From Lingula anatina (taxonomy: Eukaryota; Animalia; Brachiopoda): a stretch of 64,000 nt of DNA. A model generated the notes under the pieces. It searched no databases. It was given only the letters and a program-made list of their open reading frames with translations, and was not told where the DNA came from. Of this stretch, positions 13,320-25,908 are shown piece after piece (position 1 is the first letter of the stretch; each line of letters begins with the position of its first letter). The translations under genes were made by a program, and so were the position numbers. The DNA is taken from assembly GCA_051362555.1 (NCBI GenBank), contig CM120643.1, positions 3,596,001-3,660,000 of the forward strand, read 5' to 3'.

Positions 13320-13743
13320 GGAAGTTGGGGTTGGCTGAAGGGCCAGGAAAAATTTTGGTAGTTTAGAGGGTGAACGTTGTTATTTGGTACGGTTTAGAAC
13401 ATTGATTCAGCAGTCATATATTGGCAATCTAACTGTGATCTTGAAATTGACCTTTGACCCACTTTTCAACATGAACCCCACTTTACAAATTTTGAATAAA
13501 CATATTTTTACCCACGATTTTGTTTTAAAATGGTAATTTTCAACAAAATTGAGAATATTTGTTTACTGCATTTTGTAGACCTTGTCAAGCACAACACTGC
13601 AATTAAGTGGTGTCGCTATTTTTGCTTTTCCATATGAATGCGCTTACTCCCCCTTACGAAAAGTCCTATAGGATCGTGTAGGACTTTCGTTAGGGCCAGC
13701 TGATGGTACAATACCAGGAGGTGGTATCGCCTCTCTGATCCTC
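13320..13743 (+). mobile_element. Internally deleted paralogue of 14800-16846 (MITE fragment fused to HINE family 2 3' end)
   Basis: 13320-13415 aligns to 14800-14908; the remainder matches the HINE2 146-bp unit and the 3' end GCTGATGGTACAAT...GATCCTCTA. Confidence 0.7.
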
Positions 13744-14211
13744 TATAATAAGATATATAAGAATTTTTTGGCCAATTACAAAAATCAGAAATTATTTCCT
13801 TTGGAGCAAAGTTTGATGAGTAAAATTAATACCATAGATCAATCAAAAATTGGGTTTGTAAACAACTGAAAATTGGTTTCAGCACTCGGATAAAAATTGT
13901 TTAAAAGGCGTTCGAAAGTTTAGAGTCTACTGCTGCTAGGTCAAAAGGTACAAAGTGGCGAATGCTGGGTGAGAGGAGTCCCCCATGTTGCTTTCAACCC
14001 TTTTCTCCATTCATTCCACTCAGCTTGGTGAGATTCTGTCCATGAATCACCTTACTTTCAGTTTTGACAACATCTCTTAGTTTCATATGATCCTCCCACG
14101 TAGCCCTGTTATATCAAATTGTAATTCAATATGTCACAATACATTGGATCACATACCTGTAAAAGTTGTTTTAAAGAGGCATGCTCTCAGTTAAAGTACA
14201 TGCCTAGACCA

Positions 14212-14520
14212 TAGGTCAGAACTGGTGCCATTTTGTATTTTAATTCTGATGAGACTGTTAACAATGTGAGTAGACAAGTGAGAGTATTGAGATCATCCAC
14301 TCGTTATCTGCCAGAGACAGGAATTATCAATTAATTTTTCTTAGATGATCTCGCCACACCACAAATGGCCAAAGCTGTACAAGATTAGCTTTACCACCAT
14401 GGCATCAACAGGGTGGACTGAATTGCCCAATCTCCAGACACAAACCCCATTAAAAGCCTGTGGAATGAGATTTGAAATCAAGTGGCAAAAGATAGCCCCT
14501 TTACCAGAAACACTCTAATT
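14212..14520 (+). mobile_element. Tc1/mariner transposase relic
   Basis: Translates FLDDLATPQMAKAVQD*LYHHGINRVD*IAQSPDTNPIKSLWNEI, matching Tc1 FQ.DNA..H...WP.QSPDLNPIE.LW; several stops. Confidence 0.85.
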
Positions 14521-14967
14521 CGAAATGTCTTTAAAATTGTAACCTGAAGTTTATTTATTGAACCGTTATCAGTGAATGTCCAAAATACTCAGGATTGTGA
14601 CTATATTTGCAAAACGGTGCAAAAATTTTGTTTCCCATTGTAGATCCAATTGAATAAAACGGAAAAGTGAAAAATGAAGTTAGAGATATATAATATTATT
14701 CAGAGGCGAATCAAGGATTATTTGAAGGGAGGGAGGGGGGTTCGAGAATGCAAAGCCGACCTTTAACCCCCCCCCGAATTCCCTTCTCCACATCCTTGAC
14801 TTGGGGTTCGGGGCCCACTGAAGAGCCCCAATAAGTTTTTATAGTTTAGGGGGGGAACGATGTTATTTGGTAGGCCTACGGTTTAGAACTGTAATATTCA
14901 GCCAGTCAAAATTTTAATTTTAGAATTAAAATGGGAGGATGGATTACACTTTCTACTGCGTCAGGAA

Positions 14968-16846
14968 TTTTAATTGTACCACCAGCGTTAGCGCTGGCGG
15001 TACACATGGTTTCGGTCCGGTCCGGATCGTTCCGCCGGCTCCGCCGGACGGCTACCGTTACCGCTTCTCCTCCTAGACAGTAAGGGCCCCCGTACCCATC
15101 TCATGGATTTAGGTCACCTATAATCTCAACTCGTTCCACGTAAAATTTGGGCTTTGTGGGTATTGGGGTCTGGGTGTGGCACTCATTGCAATGCACCCTT
15201 GTCTAAAAATGGCAAAATTAAATGCTTATTATCTACCCTACGGAAGGAGTTATGGGAAAAATTTCTATAGACGGCTTTCCAAAAGTCATATGTGTAGATT
15301 TCAAATATACCCTTGGATTTGACCTTTGACCTTTACTTCAAGGTCAAATGGGCCAAAATTTTCAAAAAAATGAAATTTTTTACGAAAAAAAATTTTTTTG
15401 CCCTGTTATTCAGACACCACACAGACTTAACCAATAATATTATTGGAAAGTGTTACCCTTCAGGTCATCTTTCATCTCCCTGAATTTGGGGTCAATCGGT
15501 GCATTTTCACGGGAGTAGCGGCCATAAGATACCGAAACTGAAAACTGTCTCTAATTAGGGAACCGTTAATGCTAGAGACCCATTCTTTTTTGCATTTTGT
15601 AGAGCATGTTAAGCCCAACACTGGAGGTGGTCTCCGTTTTTTGTATTCCATACGGTTTTCGAGTTACACTGTATCAAAAAGTACATATTGGTGGTAAAAG
15701 CAAAATGTGCTGTATGGTAATGGATAATAAATTTTGAACTCTGGAAAAATAAAACATAAGGCTTGGCAAAGCAGACAACTTGTGTTCAAAAATGACATTA
15801 TTTCATCAAATTTGAATTTCTGGAACTTCAGAGCACCTCCTATTTCAAGAATTTTGACCAAAATGACATTTTCTTTATTTTAATTAATTTTTTCTGTACG
15901 AAATTTAAGGCACATTATGGTAACTCCAAAATTATAACATTAAGTCCCTTATATCTCCAAAACTGGCAGAAATAGGTCCATAGTTACTATTGAAGTTGAA
16001 TAGGAAGTCATATACTGGCAATCTTACTGTGACCTTGAAATTGACCTTTGACCTACTTTTCACCATGAACTGAACTTTGCAAATTTTGCTTCCCTTTTAT
16101 CTCCAAAACTGGCAGAGATAGGTCCATAGTTACTATTGAACTTGAATAGGAAGTCATATACTGGCAATCTAAATGTGATCTTAAAATTGACCTTTGACCT
16201 ACTTTTCACCATGAACTGAACTTTGCAAATTTTGTTTCCCTTTTATCTCCAAAACTGGCTGAGATAGGTCCATAGTTACTATTGAAGTTGAATAGGAAGT
16301 CATATACTGGCAATCTTACTGTGACCTTGAAATTGACCTTTGACCTACTTTTCACCATGAACTGAACTTTGCAAATTTTGCTTCCCTTTTATCTCCAAAA
16401 CTGGCTGAGATAGGTCCATAGTTACTATTGAACTTGAATAGAAAGTCATATACTGGCAATCTAAATGTGACCTTGAAATTGACCTTTGACCTACTTTTCA
16501 CCATGAACTGAACTTTGCAAATTTTGCTTCCCTTTTATCTCCAAAACTGGCAGAGATAAGACCATAGTTACTATTGAACTTGAATAGGAAGTCATATACT
16601 GGCAATCTAAATGTGACCTTAAAATTGACCTTTGACCTACCTTACGAAGAACTTAAATTTGATTGTACCATATATATATTTTGCAATAGTTTAAAAATTC
16701 TTGTTGATTGCATTTTTACAGCTTGTCAAGCACAAAACTGGTGGCTGTGTCCCTTATTTTGTGTATGTGGGGGTCTATACGAATGCGCTTGCTCCAGCTG
16801 GTGGTACAATATTCGGAGGCGGTATCACCTCTCTGATCCTCTAGTT
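14968..16846 (+). mobile_element. Full-length HINE family 2
   Basis: 5' T-run, ATTGTACCACCAGC with adjacent hairpin and CCGG-rich microsatellite; 3' GCTGGTGGTACAAT (exact 14-bp inverse), small stem-loop, CTAGTT end. Confidence 0.88.
15950..16640 (+). repeat. 146-bp tandem repeat, ~4.7 copies, inside HINE2
   Basis: ATCTCCAAAACTGG at 15953, 16099, 16245, 16391, 16537. Confidence 0.95.
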
Positions 16847-17124
16847 CTCAGGTGTTTTTGGTCGTGAGGGATTGTAGCAGATCAAAAAAGATACTTGTAC
16901 AACACACAAACTGACCGCCAATACTCATTTTCAATATATAAGTCCATTTAAACTCTTTTATCAGTATTCTCAATATCAAGAGAGAGAGAGAGATGTGATT
17001 CAAATTTACTTTATTGTATGATTATTATTTAATTAATTTCTTTGATACATCTTTTATTCATTAACACAATGTTTTATTCTTAACAACCCAGAGGGTACAT
17101 TTTACCCCAATGGATAAAGTTTAG

Positions 17125-17132
17125 TATTATTA

Positions 17133-17180
<48 letters not shown>

Positions 17181-17265
17181 AAGCATAGCGTTCAAGTACA
17201 AATTAGGCCCAAACACTAGTCTAGCAACATTAAGAATAAATCAGTGATTATTAGATTTATCTGTC

Positions 17266-17331
<66 letters not shown>

Positions 17332-17340
17332 AACACACAC
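17125..17340. repeat. Microsatellites (ATT)n and (TC)n(AC)n
   Basis: Directly visible. Confidence 0.95.
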
Positions 17341-17596
17341 GAAATCACGTAACCATAATAAATCTCAAAAGCGATCTTCTTTGCTGGTAAAGTGGGTCAT
17401 GCGTCTATGTCATCATTTTGTGAGTGGGAATACAGTGCACCAAGTGGTATGAAAAATAACTAGTTCTCACACGAAGCCCTCTATTGGCAAAATCCCCTAG
17501 CCCATCTTAGAATACGACAACCATTCTGAACATGGTACATGCCCCTCTCCCCCCCCTCCCCACTTTGACTGAATAAAAAAATTAAAAAATTATAAT

Positions 17597-17631
<35 letters not shown>

Positions 17632-18210
17632 TTATTATTATTTTTGCATGTATTTTTGTGACTGTCTTACCAAACCATGTTTTTGTTTTACATCAAATGT
17701 GAAGAGTGACTTTGTTAAGTAAAAAGGCTGCTTTTAATCGATATTATCAAGATTAGATTTTTTACAAATACTTGAGTACTTATAGGTATTGAAAGAAGCT
17801 ATTATATAACAAATGGTAAAACTGGTGAATTTATAAACCCATAGGCCCATATATTCATATTTACTTATGCTATTATGTAACAAATGGTAAAACTGGTGAA
17901 TTTATAAACCTATAGGCCTTGACCCATATATTCATATTTACATATGGTTTATTATAATTGTATATGTCTGGTGCTGTCACTGAAAAAATCAATTAAACTC
18001 TGTTGTTGCAACCTGTTTTGTGTCTGTATATTTTGCCAGCTTTGCTGTCTAGTCTTATGTTAGTGCTCATCTTATGGTTTGCCCAAGGATAATTTAGTAT
18101 GAAACATGTCTACAGCAATTTTTTATAAGTAATATACAGAGAATTATTTTAATATTATTTCCTCAAAATAAAGATTTTAGCAACTTTTTTGCAATAAGTA
18201 TATTGAAGCT

Positions 18211-18537
18211 TTTATACTAATATGTACACTACTGTTGTGATGTCATTGTACTAGTCTTTATACTAGTATGTACACTACTGTTGTGGTCTCATTGTACTAG
18301 TCTTTATACTAGTATGTACACTACTGTTGTGATCCCATTGTACTAGTCTTTATACTAGTATGTACACTACTGTTGTGGTCTCATTGTACTAGTCTTTATA
18401 CTAGTCTGTACACTACTGTTGTGATCCCATTGTACTAGTCTTTATACTAATATGTACACTACTGTTGTGATGTCATTGTACTAGTCTTTATACTAGTATG
18501 TACACTACTGTTGTGATCCCATTGTACTAGTCTTTAT
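18211..18537. repeat. 46-bp minisatellite, 7 copies
   Basis: Unit TTTATACTAGTATGTACACTACTGTTGTGRTSYCATTGTACTAGTC. Confidence 0.95.
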
Positions 18538-19270
18538 AAAAGATGTGTAATTATTATTACTTTTGTTGCTTTGTAATTTTTGTTAATTTTTTTAATGAAA
18601 TTGAATCAAATGACAAGGCATTTTCTTATCTTAAATATCCAAAGTTATTTATTGAGTTAGCTTGCCTGAAGTAGTACTCATAAACTAGTACTGGATAAAG
18701 CAAGTCAGAATGATGACTGAATCATCACATTGTTAATGCCTGTTATAAGTACTGGTACCTAGTAAATTCCCACCTGGTAATTTTGGAGCTGTTTGTAATC
18801 AAAGAATGTTTATTTATTTAATTAAGCTCATTAGTGCAGAATTTTATTTAAGAGAAACACGGTTGAAGTTGTAGAGAGGCATAGATAAAGAGAGGTGAGA
18901 AACAGCAATTAAATACTAAGAAAACATCATACTCCTATATGTTATGTACCTTTACATATACATATGAGATGAATGTCCTAAACTTATGTAATTTAGAACG
19001 CTTAATTCAAGCGTGGGCTCGAAATAGGACATTACGTTTTAAACTTACTCAGTGGATAACGCAATTCGAAATTCCACGGTTCGTGTCAGCTTTACGTATG
19101 GTCGCGCAAAGAAAACCCAAGTCCACATGATGACCAGTTTAATGGTTTATTGGTTGACGATCTCTAACTACATGTACATGTTCTATACGTGAAGCCTCCA
19201 ACTTCTAAGCCGTCTCCCATAGCTCCGTCGAGCGGTCACCTTCGAGTCTTCTTCAGTCTGCCCCCAATAT

Positions 19271-20406
19271 AATAAGAATGAATGATGTATAGGTTTGTGT
19301 CGGCGAAGCCGACACGGGAAAGTTACGAAGTCTCCTGCATTAAAATACAAGAGCTTCTTTCAATCCCCAGAGCGTGTTTATTGTCTTCTGCCTCTATTGT
19401 TTGTCTGTATGTGGTTTTGGTCTCGCTTGGATTTTTTTTTTTTTTTTTATTTAATTATTTATTTTTTTTTTGACCGTCTCTTTTCAGTTTGCGCGCTGGC
19501 CGCCCCTTCCAGCTTGTTAATTTTTTCCAGATGTTTGTTATTATAATATAAATATTTTTTTTTATATATATAATATACATGTATTATATACCTATTTTCC
19601 TCCGCCCCTATAGTATTATTGTGTTTTCTCATTCCATTTCCTTGTCTCTGGTCATCGGGAGCCCAGATGTGTTTATCCTTATTTTGTGGACTGAGGTTGC
19701 CCTTTTCAGGGTTGTATTTTTTCCTTTCTTCCTCCGGTCATCGGGAGACCGGGGTCGCTACCGTTAGACCGTTTCCTATGCACAATTTGTACCATTATTT
19801 ATATAAGTCAAGGGTAGTATTTTTGCCTGGTTTGCTTAATATTATGTTTTTTAGCTTAAGTTCTTTGAATAGATGGCTATTTTCGAACCTGCTAATTGTT
19901 TTTGTGCCCAGAAAAAATAGTCTGCTTGATATATATTCAATGTTGGCCAGCTTGTGCAGCGTTACGATCGAAGTTTTTGTTGGTAATTTGAGCGCTATTC
20001 GTAGCGCTCTATTCTGGATTTTTTGCAGATCTTTGAGCCTTGTCTTGTTGATGCCAGCTAGTATAACTGCCCCGTACTCAAGTACGGGCCGAATGAAGGA
20101 TTTATATAGTTTGAGGAGGCAGGCACTCGATGCCCCCCAGTTTGTTCCTCTGAGTCTTATGAGAAGGCCAGTTCTTTTCCTGGCTCTTTTCACTGTGTTG
20201 TCTACGTGTTTTTTGAAACCTAGTTTTCTGTCGAATGTGATTCCCAGCAGTGTGACTTCCTCACATGTTTCTAATCGGTCGCCAAATAATGTGAGGTTAA
20301 GCTTGGGTTGTTCATTTGATTTTGAAAAGATGATTAATTGTGTTTTCTTGGTGTTTAGTTTTATCCGCCATAGAGAGCACCATAATTCGAGATCCTTTAT
20401 CACACC
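19271..20406 (-). mobile_element. 5'-truncated LINE (I/Jockey group-like), RT C-terminus plus 3' UTR
   Basis: ORF 19795-20403 has LLGITFDRKL.F..HV and WGAS..LL.LYKSFIRPVLEYG; 13-bp TSD CTGCCCCCAATAT at 19258-19270 and 20407-20419; (CATT)n-like tail. Confidence 0.93.
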
Positions 20407-20447
20407 CTGCCCCCAATATTATTTCTAGACGTCTTTTATACGTATTT

Positions 20448-20826
20448 CTTATCTATAGGTGGATTCTGTGCTGCAGTATTTGGCGGTACATACTAATTTT
20501 AATTATTCAAATTGCACACGTCCACTTAAGTTACACAACTACAGGTAAGGCCATAAAACGAGTTGAGTGCACAAGCAATCGACTCTAATCAAATTAATTT
20601 ACATGTCTGGCAATTATATTTGTGAACACTACACGCCTTCCCTTATCTATAGGTGGATTCTGTGCTGCAGTATTTGGCGGTACATACTAATTTTAATTAT
20701 TCAAATTGCACACGTCCACTTAAGTTACACAACTACAGGTAAGGCCATAAAACGAGTTGAGTGCACAAGCAATCGACTCTAATCAAATTAATTTACATGT
20801 CTGGCAATTATATTTGTGAACACTAC
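20448..20826. repeat. Near-perfect 194-bp tandem duplication
   Basis: ATCTATAGGTGGATTC at 20451 and 20645, with identical downstream sequence. Confidence 0.95.
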
Positions 20827-20870
20827 ATATAGCTGTTGTTATATTTTCTCTCATGCCTCATTGAGCACAT

Positions 20871-21060
20871 TTAAAGTAGTGGATTAACTAGTTCATGGAT
20901 CAAATATGGAAACCCACCAAAAAGCTTGCCATTTAATTCCTGATTAGACACTGAATAGATAACTCCAACCAGGTAATATGATGTGACTATTGTATTCATC
21001 AGTGCAGTGGGGATCATAGTTGTATATGTGTCTGTAGTCTCATAGAAATCACTGAACACA
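20871..21060 (-). CDS. Putative terminal coding exon of an unidentified small membrane or secreted protein
   Basis: Pyrimidine tract + CACAG acceptor; 62 open codons with hydrophobic stretch IPTALMNTIVTSYYLVGVIYSV; stop TAA. Confidence 0.4.
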
Positions 21061-21482
21061 CTGTGGACATAATATACAGTGATGAGAGAGAGAACATTTT
21101 AAAAGTGGCAAACTACAGTCACTTTGCAGTGAATTTCAGACTTTTGTTTCCTTATGAAATATTACAAAGTACATGTACATATAAATTTACTTGGGGAATT
21201 TTTTAATGCAAAAATGTAAGTAAAAAGTACTGTCCAAGTGTTTATGAATACAGTTTTTATGTCTTTGAAAATTAAATTGAAAGTTTACAATGCAGTTTTT
21301 GTCACTATTTATTATACTTATATCATATTAGGTAATTATATGATTTCATCAACTTAATTCATAACTTTCAATTTTAATGCACTTCTTGAAAATGTATTTG
21401 ACCTTTGTTTTTCTGAGAATTATCATTTCAACATTATAAATGTACCAACCAACTTTTAATTATAAATAAATATTAAATATTA

Positions 21483-23437
21483 TTATGTACAGACACAGAT
21501 GTGTCTGTACATATTGCCATCACCTGCGTCTGTCGTCGCCGTCGCCGTCGCCGTCGCCGATCATGTCGCCGTCGCCGTCGCCGTGCACTTTCAGCGTTAA
21601 CACCATAAGTGGAAGACAGTTTTACTTTTTGGCTTTATATTTACAGAGCTGACTAATATTCATAAAACGCAGGTCAAGTTCGAAAATCAGCATGATCGGG
21701 CCATTATTGTAGAATTTATGCTGTTTTTTCACTTTTTAGCATATATGCAACACTGTTAACACATTTCAAGGAAAACCGATAGGCCTGTTGTCATGAAACT
21801 CACAGGAGTAATCAGTCTTACTAAAACGCAGATCAAGTTCGAAAATCGGCATGATCGGGCCACTATTTTAGTATTTATGCTGTTTTTTCACTTTTCAGCA
21901 TATATGCAACACTGTTAACACATTTCAAGGAAAACCGATAGACCTGTTGTCATGAAACTCACAGGAGTAATCAATCTTACTAAAACGCAGGTCAAGTTCA
22001 AAAATCGGCATGATCGGGCCACTATTTTACTAGTTATGCTGTTTCTTACACTTTTTAGCATATATGCAACACTGTAAACACAATATAAGAAAAACAGATG
22101 GGCCAATTGTCATGAAAGTCACAGGAGTGGTCAATTTTACTAAAATGCAGGTTGAGTTCGTAAATCAGCATAATCGGGCCATTATTTTTGAAGGTATGCT
22201 GTTTTTTCACATTTCCTCAGATTCAGTTTTTAGGCATGTTAACAGTCTCATTATTAAACTAATAAGATACGTGAAAGTGTTTGTTTGACATTTCCTGCAT
22301 CTTTACAACATTGTTAGTTGATTTTGTAAAAATGATGGTAAATATGTTATCGTGTATTGTGTAATAAAGTTTCAGAAATGGAAATAAACTCATTGCAGTT
22401 TGTCAGATTCAATCATTCACTATGTTCAGAATCTCAGAATGGAAGAAATTGGACATTTAACACTGCTCTATTGATATTTTTCTCATCTCATCAATTTTCT
22501 TAGTTGATCATATAAAAATGGCAGTAAACTTTTAATTTCATTTTATGTTAAAAATTGTTAAAAATGGGGAAAAAAACATTTCAGAACAGTGCTGTCTTGT
22601 TTACATTTTGGCATTTTCAAGTTGTGACTTTGAAGTTCCATGGGCCTGAAGACCTTTGCTAGTCACATTTTCTGAATATCCATGATACTAATATTTTATT
22701 ATTAAAAATTGATGGTCATTATGCTGTTAAACATTATGTAATATTGCATCAAAATTTGAAAAAACCTATTTTGGGCACTGCTCCCATGATTACCTTTTAA
22801 GAAAAACCATGTCACTTACTGTGCTTACAGGAAAGAAACATGGGACTAAAATACAGCTTCAGTAGGCAATGCAATCTGCCAGTTAAACAGTTTTTTTTGT
22901 GAAAATTTAATTTTTCACATATTGGCATTTTCAAGATGTGACTTTGAAGTTCCACAGGCTTGAAGACCCAGGCTAGTCACATTTTCTGAAAATCCATGAT
23001 ACATATATTTTGTTATTAAAAATTGATTGTCATTATGCTGTTAACCATTATGTAATATTGCATCAGAATAGAAGAAAACACAATTTTGGGTGCTGCTGCC
23101 ATGATGACCATTATGGGAAAACCATGTTACTAATGATTGCCAAACTTTCAAAAAAGAAATACAGGACTAAAATGCAGCCTGAGTTGGAAAAGCAGTCTAA
23201 TTGACTTCTTTTTCTGGAAGTTTTACATTTTCAAAGTGTGAACTTGAACTCCCATGGGCCTTAAGCCTTATACTTGTTTCACATTTTACTTACATTGGTA
23301 TTACCTGTTGAGCATAATTAAAATTTGATGTTGAATTTGCAGTTTAACATAATGTACTTTTGCATCAGAATTGACAGTAGCCTATTTTGTTATTTCCTGC
23401 TTTTTGTCTGTACATTTGACAGCTTTGCTGCCTTGTT
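21483..23437 (+). mobile_element. Full-length HINE family 1 (subfamily a)
   Basis: 5' hairpin TATGTACAGACAC-AGAT-GTGTCTGTACATA, (GTCGCC)n, four 159-160-bp units, two ~315-bp units, 3' subTIR TGTCTGTACAT + CAGCTTTGCTG stem-loop + CTTGTT. Confidence 0.9.
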
Positions 23438-23484
23438 ATTTATTGTTGTTGTTTTATTTATATGACTGTGTAAGAATATTTAGG

Positions 23485-23742
23485 TCTAAGAACTCAGTCC
23501 CAATAAAAATAAGAGTGCATTCAGTGTTTTATCTGTCTAGGTAGATCAATTCAGGGGGACTCTTGCTGAATACAATCAGATTAAGATATTAGCATACCAT
23601 CCCCTAGCTTTGAGTAGAAAATGGAAAACAAGCATGTTATAAACAAAAGGAGGCGAGCCAATCCAATTGCATTCAGCAAGAGTCCCTGTGGAGTTGGATC
23701 GATTTACATAGATCAATAGTGTCATTGGGAATGAGTCCTAAA
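23485..23742. mobile_element. Palindromic MITE-like element
   Basis: GGGACTCTTGCTGAAT / ATTCAGCAAGAGTCCC exact inverse, with imperfect outer arms. Confidence 0.6.
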
Positions 23743-23841
23743 TTAAGGCACTAGTAGATATGTCAGTGGCAATACTAAGATGAATAAAAATAAAATGATA
23801 TAAAGAAAGTGTAGTGATAGTTTCTAATATGATTCTTTTAC

Positions 23842-23904
23842 TTCCAAAAGTATTTTATGCGGTTCAAAGTGATAACATTGGTAATATTAAAGAATCGGGG
23901 ACCA
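23842..23904 (-). CDS. Putative internal exon (GPRFFNITNVITLNRIKYFW)
   Basis: 63 nt, CTTTGTCTTTCAG| and |GTAAAA, phase 2-2, joins in frame to the 20871-21060 exon. Confidence 0.33.
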
Positions 23905-23998
23905 CTGAAAGACAAAGTATATTGCAAACTTTTTGAGAGGTAAAAAACTAGGCCATGTCTCCCATTTCTCCCTGCAGAATCTTACAGATATCAAGTCA

Positions 23999-25640
23999 GC
24001 GACGTTGTATATGTGCGCACGCATGTTATTACGTCGCTCAATTCTTCTTTGTTACGTTAAAATGATACATACGTTACCATAAAGCGTGTAAATATTTTTT
24101 ATTCTATTTTCATTGGTTGTCTCTCCTTTTGTGCGCCAACACTATTTTAATGAAACACAAATAAAAGACATAAATGTTGGCCCACAAAGCGAAAGAAAAC
24201 CAATGAAAATAGAATAAATATTTACACGCTTCATGGTAACGTATGTATCGGTAACGTATGTATCATTTTAACGTAACAAAGAAGAATAAGCGACGTAAAA
24301 ACAAGCGTGCGCACATATACAACGTCGCACGCAACCACAGAGTCACGACAACAGAGAACAAACAATGAAATCAGAAAACAATACCTTCACGTTACTTGGT
24401 AACGTATATATGTATCATATTTACGTAACAAATAAGAATGAAAGCCGTAAAACGTAGTGCGCACATGTACAAAGTCACACCCACTCACAAAGTCGTGACA
24501 TTTGGTCACGTACATGTATATCGGTAACGTATGAATCAAATAGACAATTTTCACAGATAGTTGGAAGGCAAGAAATCTTATTTGTCTCGTTTTCTTTCAT
24601 TTTAATGTAGCATTAAGACATAAGTGCTGGCCCACAAAACGAAAGAAAACCAATGAAAATAGAATAAATAAATATTTGCACGCTTCATAGTAACGTATGT
24701 ATCGGTAGCGTATGTATCATATTGACGTAACAAACAGAATGAACGACGTACAAACGTGCGCACATATACATGTACAAAGTCGCACGCACTAACAAAGCCG
24801 TGACAAAAGAAAACAATCAATGGAATCAGAAAACAACACCTTCATATTATTTGGCCATGTATATATCGGTAACGTATGTATCATATGAACAATTTTCACA
24901 GATAGTTGAAGGCAAGAAATCTTATTTGTCTCGTTTTCTTTCATTTTTATGCAACATTAAGACATAAGTGTTGGCGCACAAAACGAAAGACAACCAATGA
25001 AAATAGACACCATGTGGCGTGTAAATACTTTTATTTTTTATTGTTTGTTGTCCGTTTTGTGAGCAAACGCCTTATTCTTACGGTATACAACATTACAATA
25101 AGAAGGAAAAGCAGGGCAAGTAAAGATTACTTGTCTTGAAACCGTTTTTTGAAATTCTTTATATGATACATACGTTACCAAATAATGTGCAGGTATTGTT
25201 TTCTGATTTCATTGTTTGTTCTCTGTTGTCGCGAGTCTGTGGTTGCGTGCGACGTTGTATATGTGCGCACGCTTGTTATTACGTCGCTCATTCTTCTTTC
25301 TTACGTTAAAATGATACATACGTTACCATAAAGCGTGTAAATATTTTTTATTCTATTTTCATTGGTTGTCTTTCCTTTTGTGCGCCAACACTATTTTAAT
25401 GAAACACAAATAAAAGACATAAGTGTTGGCCCACAAATGGAAAGAAAACCAATGAAATTAGAATAAATATTTACACGCTTCATGGTAACGTATGTATCGC
25501 TAACGTATGTATCATTTTAGCGTAACAAAGAAGAAAAAGCGACGTAAAAACAAGCGTGCGCACATATACAACGTCGCACGCAACCACAGAGTCGCGACAA
25601 CAGAGAACAAACAATGAAATCAGAAAACAATACTTTCACG
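23999..25640. repeat. Nested inverted-repeat (foldback) array
   Basis: Hairpins 23999-24328 and 25193-25633 share the same ~30-nt loop; an older imperfect IR is centred near 25013; GGTAACGTATGTATC occurs about ten times in both orientations. Confidence 0.9.
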
Positions 25641-25908
25641 AATGATGCGTAACTCAGTAAACTGATTCTTATGTGATTTATTTTTTCTAAGAAGCATATT
25701 TGGGTTCATATGTACTGCTGCATAAAAATAAAAATGTTAGATATACATGTACAAACCTAAGTCGCCACAACTCTAGTGTTAAATATTTACAGTGCTAGAG
25801 CAATAGGCGACAGTATGTTTTAATTGGGATGCTTTAATAATAAAAAAAGCTCATTTGGGATGAAGGTCTATAGATGGACAAAACAAAATGGTTTGTTTGT
25901 GCAATAAC

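Noticed and set aside
19619-20428. 269-aa plus-strand ORF
   Set aside because: Antisense shadow of the LINE RT frame
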